Origin: a virus
Reading direction: 5' to 3' (one strand)
DNA: 64,000 nt
IMG/VR virus record: IMGVR_UViG_3300044646_003076
In this document: positions 55,556 to 64,000 of the stretch, in pieces
Layout: each line of letters opens with the position of its first letter
Position numbering within the stretch: position 1 is the first letter of the stretch
Notes under the pieces: generated by a model
Databases searched by the model: none
Seen by the model: only the letters and a program-made list of their open reading frames with translations
Told to the model about the DNA's origin: nothing
Position numbers and translations under genes: made by a program

Positions 55556-57453
55556 TGGCCATAGTCAATCTCACTTCACTAGATTTCAATGAAATAAAAG
55601 CCTCTTTAAGAGATTATCTTAGAGCCAATTCAAACTTTAGTGATTATGATTTTGAGGGTTCTAACTTTTCTACTATTATTGATATTCTTGCCTATAATAC
55701 TTACATCTCCTCATACAATACCAACATGGTATCTAATGAGGTTTTTCTTGATTCGGCAACATTAAGAGAGAATGTTGTATCAAGAGCAAAAGAAATCGGT
55801 TATACTCCAAGATCCAGAACCGCTGCAAGAGCCAATATTAGTTTTACCGTTGACACCACTAATCTACCCATTAATCCAATCACACTGACTCTTAAAAAGG
55901 GAGTTGTGGTTACGAGTGATTCTTTTAATGGTGCTAGTTACACTTTTTCTATTCTTGAAGATATTATCGCACCAGTTATTAATAACATTGCAACCTTCAA
56001 TAACATTTCAGTTTATGAAGGATCTTTTATTGTTCAGAATTTTACCGTAGTTGATGATAATTCAAGATTTCGTCTTGATAACGAGGGAATTGATACTTCG
56101 CTTATTAATGTTCTTATTCGTGAAAGCAATCTAACAAACGTAACACAAAAATATAATCTTACTAAAAATCTTTTTAATGTAACGTCCACTTCTAAAGTTT
56201 TCTTTGTACAAGAAGTAGAAGACGAAAGATATGAACTTCTTTTTGGTGATGATATTTTTGGGAAGAAATTGGAGTCCAATACTCTTATTGATGTCTCTTA
56301 TATTATTACAAGTGGCGAAGATGGTAATGGCATCGGAACATTTAATTTCAATGGTAGAATTGTTGATAATAATGGTAGAATCGTAAATTCCGATATTTCT
56401 AAAATCACCACTAATACGCCGGCTTTTGGTGGTAAGGCTATTGAGTCTCTTTCTTCAATCAAAAAGTTTGCACCATTAAATTATTCTACACAACAAAGAG
56501 CCGTAACCGCCGCTGATTATGAGGCTATTATTCCTCAGATCTATCCGGAAGCAGAATCGGTATCGGCTTTTGGTGGCGAAACATTAACACCACCAAAGTA
56601 CGGAAAGGTTTATATTTCAATTAAGCCAATCAATGGACCATTCGTTTCTAATGGAGTAAAAGATAATATCAAGACACTACTTCGCAAATACTCTGTTGGT
56701 GGTATTGTTCCTGAGATTATTGATCTCAAATATCTTTACATTGAATTTGAGTCTGCTGTTTATTATAATTCCAATTTTTCAACATCACCTGAAACTCTTA
56801 AAACCACAATTACTAATAATATTGAATCTTACGCTAATTCTTCTGAATTGAATCGCTATGGTGCGAGATTCAAATATAGCAAGTTTCTTAAAATTATTGA
56901 CGAAAGCGATAGTGCAATAACATCAAATATTACAAAGATAACAATCCGCCGTGGAATGAAGGCGGAGATTAATAAATTCGCTTTCTATGAAATTTGTTTT
57001 GGTAATGCGATTCATATCAATAAGCAGACCGGTTATAATATCAAGTCTACCGCATTTAGAATCGCGGGTTCAAGTTATGATGTTTATTTTTCAGATAGAC
57101 CATCTAATGATGAAACTGGAACAATTTTCATCTTCCGTCTTGATGCATCTCAACAACCAGTTGTTATTAGAAACAACGTGGGAACGATAAATTACAAAAA
57201 AGGAGAGATTCTTCTTAACCCCATAAATATTACATCTACTCAAAAAACAGTAGGTTTTGATAATATTATTGATCTTAAAGTGACACCCAAATCAAACGAT
57301 GTTATTGGTCTACAAGATCTATATTTACAACTGATTACAAGTTCAAGTACAGTAAATATGCTTTCTGATACCATCTCTTCTGGTTATGATATTTCAGGTG
57401 TCAATTATGTTTCAACTTCTAGCTATTTTAACGGGGAATTAATCATCAAATAA
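55555..57453 (+). CDS. gp6: baseplate wedge subunit gp6
   Basis: LDFNEIKASL..YL, DYDFEGS, FLDSATLRENVVS, QQRAVTAADY, PPKYGKVYISIKP. Confidence 0.93.
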   Translation: MAIVNLTSLDFNEIKASLRDYLRANSNFSDYDFEGSNFSTIIDILAYNTYISSYNTNMVSNEVFLDSATLRENVVSRAKEIGYTPRSRTAARANISFTVDTTNLPINPITLTLKKGVVVTSDSFNGASYTFSILEDIIAPVINNIATFNNISVYEGSFIVQNFTVVDDNSRFRLDNEGIDTSLINVLIRESNLTNVTQKYNLTKNLFNVTSTSKVFFVQEVEDERYELLFGDDIFGKKLESNTLIDVSYIITSGEDGNGIGTFNFNGRIVDNNGRIVNSDISKITTNTPAFGGKAIESLSSIKKFAPLNYSTQQRAVTAADYEAIIPQIYPEAESVSAFGGETLTPPKYGKVYISIKPINGPFVSNGVKDNIKTLLRKYSVGGIVPEIIDLKYLYIEFESAVYYNSNFSTSPETLKTTITNNIESYANSSELNRYGARFKYSKFLKIIDESDSAITSNITKITIRRGMKAEINKFAFYEICFGNAIHINKQTGYNIKSTAFRIAGSSYDVYFSDRPSNDETGTIFIFRLDASQQPVVIRNNVGTINYKKGEILLNPINITSTQKTVGFDNIIDLKVTPKSNDVIGLQDLYLQLITSSSTVNMLSDTISSGYDISGVNYVSTSSYFNGELIIK

Positions 57454-57454
57454 T

Positions 57455-60400
57455 ATGAAAATTGAACTCTCATCTATTGTAGAAAATCAGTTACCTCTCT
57501 ATGTTAGAGAAGAATATCCTTTAGCTGCAGAGTTTCTTAAGCAATATTACATATCAGATAATGCTAATAAGATCGTTCAAAATATTGATGAATATTTGGA
57601 TCTTGATGTAATTTTTGATATTCCCGAAAGCACAATTCTTTTAAATTCAATTGATTTTGACGATGATGTTATTAATGTATCATCAACAAAAGGATCTCCT
57701 GAGACTTATGGTCTTCTGAAGATTGATAATGAAATAATTACATATATTTCAAAAACTGATACATCTTTTAATGGATGCATTAGAGGATTCAGTGCAGTAG
57801 AAAGAGCAGCTTCTTCGCAACTTGTTTTTACTGATTCCAACGCGGCAATTCATAATTCAGAATCAAAAGTTTATAATCTTAGTTCATTTTTTCTTAAAGA
57901 ATTCTTTTTCAAGATCAAACAGAAAATTGCTCCGGGTTTTGAGAATCGCAATCTGTATTCTTCTCTTAACCAAGCTAATTTTCTAAAGCATCTTAAAGAC
58001 TTTTATCAATCAAAAGGTACCGAAGAATCTTTTCGTCTACTCTTTGCCGCTCTTTATGGAACCGATGTAAAACTCATTCTACCACGAGATCGGCTATTTT
58101 CAGCTTCCAATGCACAATATAGAGTTACAAAGAAACTTGTTGTTGAAGCACTTCAAGGAAATCCGAAGGAATTAGTTAATGGTACTATCTACCAAGATTC
58201 CGATGGTTTTATTCCGGAAGCAAGAGGAACCATTACCTATATTGAACAGATTATTCGCAACAATAAACCATACTTCGTCATTAGTCTAGACTACGATTAC
58301 GATAAAGATATTGATGTATCAGGTTCCCTAAAGAGTGAATTCACCGTTCATCCACAAACACTAACTCTTTCCGTTTCCACCTCTAACTCATCATTTATTG
58401 ATGTAGATTCCACGGTTGGATTTCCTGATAGCGGCACTCTCATCACAAAAAACGAAGATGGGACCGATCTTGTTATTCAATACACATCAAAGAGTTTAAA
58501 TCAATTTCTCGGTTGTAGTGGAATAACTTCTGAAATTAAACAAGGATCTTCAGTTCGGTTTGATTCTTTCGCTTATGGTTATAATTCTAATCAAGAAATC
58601 GTAAAGCTAAGAGTCACTGGAGTTCTTGATGAACCTCAATTTATTGATGATACAAATTCTTATAATCCAAAAGAGGAGTTTGAAATTGAAACTCTAGGAT
58701 TTCCTTCGGTGGATCTAAGAGCCAACGATTGGAAATTCAATATTCCACTAACTTATAATATCGCTAGTATTGAATTACTTGATTTTAGTGATCTCTCTTA
58801 TAAAGTAGAGACGATTGATAATTGTGTATTTTCTGTTGGTGATAATTGTGTATTAGTTCCACCATCTTCAATTGAGAATCCTGGAACAGTTTCCAATATT
58901 CTTAATAACAACACAATCGTCGCCAGTTTTGATTCCCCTGTTAATCTGGAACAGACTCACGTACTTAAAAAGATTATCACGAAAACTAGATTTCAAGATG
59001 CACCAGAGCTTGACATTTATAATGCCAATGTTCAAAATACCTATCTTGATTCAGATAAGAATGTATATGTTCTTTCTCCGTCACTACCTTCCTATCTGTT
59101 TGCAGAACTCACAACAAATACGGGTAAAATAACATTCTCTGGAACTTTCAATAATCAAATTGATTTACCAACCGATCATCCATTTTTTACCGGTGATATT
59201 ATCGTTTATCGTCCTGATAGTTCAACAAACAAACTTCTTGATGAAGGAATTTATTTTATTAAGAAGGTGGATGAAAAAACAATTAAACTCGCACTCAGTA
59301 GAGAAAATCTTTACAATCAAACATATGTTGAATTTTCTGGAAGTGTCACTAATAGTACATTAGAATTCTTTGAATTCACTGGTTTAAATCTCGCACCGAA
59401 GAGCATCCAACCTCAAAATCTGATTAGGAAGCTAGTCACACCAAGGCTTTCTAGTCAAAGAAATGAGACAACCTTATCTGCTGTTGGTATTCTCAAAAAC
59501 GGTGTTGAGATTATGAATTATAAATCTCCACATCAGATCTTTTATGGTCCAATAACAAAAGTTGTTGCATCTGCTCCAGGTAAAGATTATGATATTATCA
59601 ATCCTCCTACCTTAACATTAACAGATCAAAGCGGATCTGGGGCATTAATTCATCCTGCAATAACTGGTTCACTAAAGCGAATTGATCTAGTATATTCTGG
59701 ATTTGATTATATTGATGAGCCTTCAATTACAATAAAAGGGGGTAATGGTAAAAATGCCTCAGCTAAGGCTAATCTTATTGACTTTGATCATATTGAATTT
59801 TTCAATGCTAATAATGTTTCATTAACTCAAGAGATTATTGGATTTTCAACTTACCATAAATTCCGCCATGGAGAAGAAGTTGTTTATAATGCTAATGGTC
59901 AGCCTCCAGTTGGTGGATTGATTTCGCGTGAAAAGTATTTTATCAATGTTAAAAATGGCATAGAAGTATCTTTACATAAAAACCAGTCTGATGCTATTTC
60001 TGGTATCAGTAGCATCAATTTAACAACCAAAAGCACTGGACTACATTCACTAAAAGCTCTTAATAAGAAAAAGAAAATTGGATCTATTTCAGTTCTAAGC
60101 GAAGGGGAAAATTATAAGTACAGAAAAAATCTGATTACTGGTATTAACACTTCTACTGGTATTATTGAAGTAAAAGATCATAAATTTGAAAGCGGAGAAT
60201 TAGTATTCTACTACACATCTTCAACTCCATCAACAGGAATAACCAATAATACTCAGTATTATGTTAATGTTATTGATGAAAATCATGTGACATTAGCCGG
60301 AATTAATACTATCAAGTCGGATGATTTTAATTACCTCAGTGGTCAATATATCGGTATCACATCTCTCAGTTCTTCTATTCAATATCTTTCATATCCTCCT

Positions 60401-63400
60401 ATTGAAGTTGAGTTAAAAGGTAGAATCGGAGTAACGACTTTTGATTCTACAACATTTAATTCAGAAATTATTCCAATTTTCAGAGGTGGAATAGTAGATG
60501 TCACTCTTGAGTCTGGTGGCAGTTCTTATGGTTCTCAAGATATTCTAGATTATTCTATTGAACCAAAAATCACAATAACAAAAGGTAGTGGAGCACAATT
60601 AAAACCTATAATTAATAACGGGAAAATTATAGGTGTTATTATTCAATATGCGGGTTCTAATTATAAATCAACACCAGATGTAATTGTTCAAGGTGACGGT
60701 TATAATGCAATTCTAACACCAATTATTCAAAATGGTATTATTGTTGATGTAAAAATTATATCTGGTGGATTTGGTTATACCACAGAAAAAACATTCATTA
60801 CAATAAATTCTTCTGGTGAAGGTGCCCAATTTAAAACAACTATTAGATCGTGGAGAATTAATAACTTTGAAAAGCTCTATAAATCAAATTACTTTAGTGA
60901 AGATGACGGTGTTATTGCTAATGCTCTTAATCCAAATAATGGATTACAATATTATCACCTGTTTGCACCAAGAAAGCTAAGATCATCCACATATTCAAAG
61001 AATGTCTTAAATGGTGTTACAGTTTTTCAAAAGGATCTTCAAGTAGATCAAAACAATAAAGAAATAGATTCCACCGTACATTCACCAATTCTGGGTTGGG
61101 CTTATGATGGAAATCCCATTTATGGTCCTTATGGATATGCCTCAAGATTTAACTCAACCAGTATAAAACAATTAACAAGTGGCTACACACTAAAAACAAA
61201 TCTGGCACTTGAAAATGAAAATAGGCCAGATCAAAACATCTATACTGTAGGATTATTTGTAGAAGATTATGAATATACAGCTTCTGGTGATCTGGATGAA
61301 CATAATGGTCGCTATTGTGTAACTCCAGAGTTCCCAAATGGTGTTTATGCATATTTTACCACTTTTGAAGATGTTGCATCAACGTCAGGTGCATTTGCAA
61401 ACTATAAAAAACCAAAATTTCCTTATGTTATTGGTAACTCTTACTATTCTAAGGCAATTGATTTTAATTTTGATCCAAAATCAAACCAATCCCAAGTCAA
61501 TTTTAGTGATTTAGGATTACTAAGAAATACTTTACCATATAATTTGAAATCTAACAACACTAATTATGAAGGACTATTGTTACCTTATGAAGTAAAAAAG
61601 GCTATTTTTACTATAAAAACAGTAAATCCATCAAATATTAATAAAATTGACGTACTTCATGGTGGAGATGGATATAAGGTCAACGATACTATTGAACTGG
61701 AGAGCAATAATTTAGCAAAAATCTCAAAAATTAGAGGAAAATCAGTAACCGGAGTTGCCTGTTCTGAGAATTTCGTAGAAAATCTAGAACTCCTGTCTAA
61801 AAATAGTGAATTAATCGCTTATTCTACCACACCTCACCCATTTAAAGATGGCGATTCCCTATTTTTCAGTTCTTATGATGGTAAAAATACAAAACAAAAG
61901 GTAAAAATTAGAGAAAATCAGCTTATTTTATCAGTTGGAGTACAATCAAGTAGTATTACCGGAATTGTTACTCATTTTAATGTCTATGGAAATCTTTCAG
62001 AAGACGATATAAAACCAAATGATATCTATAAAATCGGAAATGAAGAAATAAAAATTCTAACGGTTGATAATATTGGGTCAAGAGTCTGGATAGAAAGACA
62101 ATATAATGGAACATCGGGGATAAACTCTTTTCCTGTGGGATTTGCTTTCACTGAAAAATCAAGAAAGTTGATTTTTTCCAATAATATTGGAATTAGTAGC
62201 AATATAATCAACAAACAGTATTATTTTAAGCCTTCTGAATCTGTGGGTCTGGGTACTACCACCACTAATAGAGTTTTTATTAGTTCTCCTGGTGTTGGTG
62301 CAACATTTATTGATATTCCAGCAAGATCAATTTATCTTGAAAATCATAATTTACAAACTAATGCAAAACTATCTTATAGTGCTCATGGAAATCAACCAAT
62401 TTCAGTTTTAATTAATGGTGTAACTGGAGTACTTCTTAACACATTTTCAAGTCTTTATGTTGCAAGATATAATGATAATTTAATTGGTCTTTCAACAACT
62501 CCCATCGGAATTGGATCTACTGGATCTTTTATTGGTATTGGTACAACCACATCTCTTTTGAGTTTTACAAATTTTGGTGACGGTTCGTACCATAGTTTTA
62601 ACACACAATATACCTCATTAAAAGGTGATGTGATTAAACAGGATATTATTGTATCAGCCGCCTCAAGTCACAATTTAAGTCTTGAAGATAATATTAATCT
62701 TTCTGTAATTTCTGGAATAACAACTCATATTAGACTAAAATATTCCGATTATAATAGAAGAATTACATCAAAAGAAGTATCAATTCAAAATGTTGACATT
62801 GACAATAATATACTAAAATTCAACGAACATTCTTTTAAAACCTGTGAAAGGGTAATCTATACTACAACATCAAGTATTTCAGGACTCAATAACAACGGAA
62901 TTTATTATGTCATATCTATAAACAAATTTAAGTTAAAACTTGCAACCTCAAAATATAATGCAGAAAATCTTATTGAAGTAGATTTACAATCTGGTGGTTC
63001 GGGTTCACTTTCGTCTATCAATCCACCTTTAAGACTTGAAAGAAATTCCACTATCGTTTTTGATCTTTCTGATTCTTCTCTTGGTTATGTAAAAAATGGT
63101 TTTTCATATTCGGCATTTTCTTTTGATGTATATTATGATCCGGAATTAAATTTCTCCTATTTTAATAATGGAAAATCTCCCCAATTAAATCTAACTTTTT
63201 CTGGTAGTATTGGAGTTAATACTGATGCAAGAGCAACTCTTAAAATAGATGAATTTACTCCTTCAATTCTTTATTATGATCTAAAGCCCCTCAATAGAGA
63301 AGTGCCTACAGTCAAATATGAAAAAGTTATTGATATTATTCAAATCAATTATAACACTCTTCGGATTGAAGAATCATCACTCAGCGGGAATTATAAAATT

Positions 63401-64000
63401 AAGTCCTTCGGAGAAGATACTTTTGTTCTAGAGTCTAGAAATCTTATTGATAATAAAACATATCTTGATGATGATAATACTTTAACTTATACAACAAATT
63501 CTGAAAGTAGCTCTGGTGCTATTGTAGAAATTCAACTCACCAAAAATAATAATAACAATTATAAACTTCCGAATATCACAAAAATTAATTCGGTAAACGG
63601 TTCGGATGCGAATCTAGAAGTATCACGAGTTGGTATTGGTTCTATTAAAACGATAACACTAAATGATATTGGTTTTGATTATTCTTCAGATTATACGGTT
63701 AAACCAAAATTAAATCTTCCAAAAATTCTAAAGTCTGAACCTCTTTATACTATTGATAGAGTTGAGGTTATCAGCACACCAGTTACTTACTATGTTCCAC
63801 CAAAACTGGTTCTTATTGATAATCACAATAATAAACCTCTACTGGATGCGGTATTCAGTTATAATACACAACAAGGAACTGTTGATATTATTAAGAACAC
63901 AAAGAATATTATTGGAACAAATCCATATATTGTTCCCACCAATAATTCTTTTGGTCTTGAGATCAGCAATATTAGTTTCAATCCAACCACTAAAGATGTC
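57455..64000 (+). CDS. gp7: gp7-like baseplate wedge initiator, >2180 aa, runs off window end (absent from ORF track)
   Basis: SIVENQLPLYVREEYP..AEFLKQYY, SKGTEESFRLLF.ALY, SPILGWAYDGNPIYGPYG, GDLDEHNGR; frame spot-checked open to the end. Confidence 0.85.
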   Translation, partial: MKIELSSIVENQLPLYVREEYPLAAEFLKQYYISDNANKIVQNIDEYLDLDVIFDIPESTILLNSIDFDDDVINVSSTKGSPETYGLLKIDNEIITYISKTDTSFNGCIRGFSAVERAASSQLVFTDSNAAIHNSESKVYNLSSFFLKEFFFKIKQKIAPGFENRNLYSSLNQANFLKHLKDFYQSKGTEESFRLLFAALYGTDVKLILPRDRLFSASNAQYRVTKKLVVEALQGNPKELVNGTIYQDSDGFIPEARGTITYIEQIIRNNKPYFVISLDYDYDKDIDVSGSLKSEFTVHPQTLTLSVSTSNSSFIDVDSTVGFPDSGTLITKNEDGTDLVIQYTSKSLNQFLGCSGITSEIKQGSSVRFDSFAYGYNSNQEIVKLRVTGVLDEPQFIDDTNSYNPKEEFEIETLGFPSVDLRANDWKFNIPLTYNIASIELLDFSDLSYKVETIDNCVFSVGDNCVLVPPSSIENPGTVSNILNNNTIVASFDSPVNLEQTHVLKKIITKTRFQDAPELDIYNANVQNTYLDSDKNVYVLSPSLPSYLFAELTTNTGKITFSGTFNNQIDLPTDHPFFTGDIIVYRPDSSTNKLLDEGIYFIKKVDEKTIKLALSRENLYNQTYVEFSGSVTNSTLEFFEFTGLNLAPKSIQPQNLIRKLVTPRLSSQRNETTLSAVGILKNGVEIMNYKSPHQIFYGPITKVVASAPGKDYDIINPPTLTLTDQSGSGALIHPAITGSLKRIDLVYSGFDYIDEPSITIKGGNGKNASAKANLIDFDHIEFFNANNVSLTQEIIGFSTYHKFRHGEEVVYNANGQPPVGGLISREKYFINVKNGIEVSLHKNQSDAISGISSINLTTKSTGLHSLKALNKKKKIGSISVLSEGENYKYRKNLITGINTSTGIIEVKDHKFESGELVFYYTSSTPSTGITNNTQYYVNVIDENHVTLAGINTIKSDDFNYLSGQYIGITSLSSSIQYLSYPPIEVELKGRIGVTTFDSTTFNSEIIPIFRGGIVDVTLESGGSSYGSQDILDYSIEPKITITKGSGAQLKPIINNGKIIGVIIQYAGSNYKSTPDVIVQGDGYNAILTPIIQNGIIVDVKIISGGFGYTTEKTFITINSSGEGAQFKTTIRSWRINNFEKLYKSNYFSEDDGVIANALNPNNGLQYYHLFAPRKLRSSTYSKNVLNGVTVFQKDLQVDQNNKEIDSTVHSPILGWAYDGNPIYGPYGYASRFNSTSIKQLTSGYTLKTNLALENENRPDQNIYTVGLFVEDYEYTASGDLDEHNGRYCVTPEFPNGVYAYFTTFEDVASTSGAFANYKKPKFPYVIGNSYYSKAIDFNFDPKSNQSQVNFSDLGLLRNTLPYNLKSNNTNYEGLLLPYEVKKAIFTIKTVNPSNINKIDVLHGGDGYKVNDTIELESNNLAKISKIRGKSVTGVACSENFVENLELLSKNSELIAYSTTPHPFKDGDSLFFSSYDGKNTKQKVKIRENQLILSVGVQSSSITGIVTHFNVYGNLSEDDIKPNDIYKIGNEEIKILTVDNIGSRVWIERQYNGTSGINSFPVGFAFTEKSRKLIFSNNIGISSNIINKQYYFKPSESVGLGTTTTNRVFISSPGVGATFIDIPARSIYLENHNLQTNAKLSYSAHGNQPISVLINGVTGVLLNTFSSLYVARYNDNLIGLSTTPIGIGSTGSFIGIGTTTSLLSFTNFGDGSYHSFNTQYTSLKGDVIKQDIIVSAASSHNLSLEDNINLSVISGITTHIRLKYSDYNRRITSKEVSIQNVDIDNNILKFNEHSFKTCERVIYTTTSSISGLNNNGIYYVISINKFKLKLATSKYNAENLIEVDLQSGGSGSLSSINPPLRLERNSTIVFDLSDSSLGYVKNGFSYSAFSFDVYYDPELNFSYFNNGKSPQLNLTFSGSIGVNTDARATLKIDEFTPSILYYDLKPLNREVPTVKYEKVIDIIQINYNTLRIEESSLSGNYKIKSFGEDTFVLESRNLIDNKTYLDDDNTLTYTTNSESSSGAIVEIQLTKNNNNNYKLPNITKINSVNGSDANLEVSRVGIGSIKTITLNDIGFDYSSDYTVKPKLNLPKILKSEPLYTIDRVEVISTPVTYYVPPKLVLIDNHNNKPLLDAVFSYNTQQGTVDIIKNTKNIIGTNPYIVPTNNSFGLEISNISFNPTTKDV

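Noticed and set aside
57455-64000. Short ORFs 58872, 59160, 61149, 62026
   Set aside because: Alternative frames inside the continuous gp7-like ORF.
1-64000. tRNA, rRNA, IS/transposase, integrase genes
   Set aside because: No T-loop (GTTCRA) cloverleaf, rRNA segment or transposase/recombinase motif recognised by eye; tRNAscan-SE would be decisive.

Overview
AT-rich segment of a large T4-like cyanophage (cyanomyovirus) genome, probably infecting a freshwater Synechococcus/Cyanobium-type host (inferred from the AspRS/TyrRS type and cyanophage-style gp25/gp6/gp7). About 1-49 kb is a very large + strand early/accessory region of roughly 110 small genes. It includes aspS, a doubly frameshifted tyrS, a DenV-like glycosylase, a Toprim protein, AAA ATPases and a dispersed family of at least 12 leucine-rich-repeat-variant (LRV/HEAT-like, 26-aa unit) genes. 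These have hypervariable surface positions, evidence of unit-level shuffling and a shared C-terminal tail. The region is punctuated by 38 copies of a 10-4-10 bp dyad lying 38-40 bp upstream of a -10 box, and, at 43-48 kb, by 7 copies of a back-to-back sigma70 promoter pair whose leftward member seems to drive short RNAs. Origin-like repeat regions lie at about 38 kb and 49.2 kb. After about 49.4 kb come conserved cyanophage late genes: a glycosyltransferase-like protein, a minus-strand cluster of internal head proteins with T4-type capsid-targeting N-termini (GNAT, ART-like, zincin), and baseplate genes gp25, gp6 and a gp7-like giant running off the window end. No tRNA, rRNA, CRISPR array, transposase or reverse transcriptase was seen. 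All annotations are by eye, without database searches.
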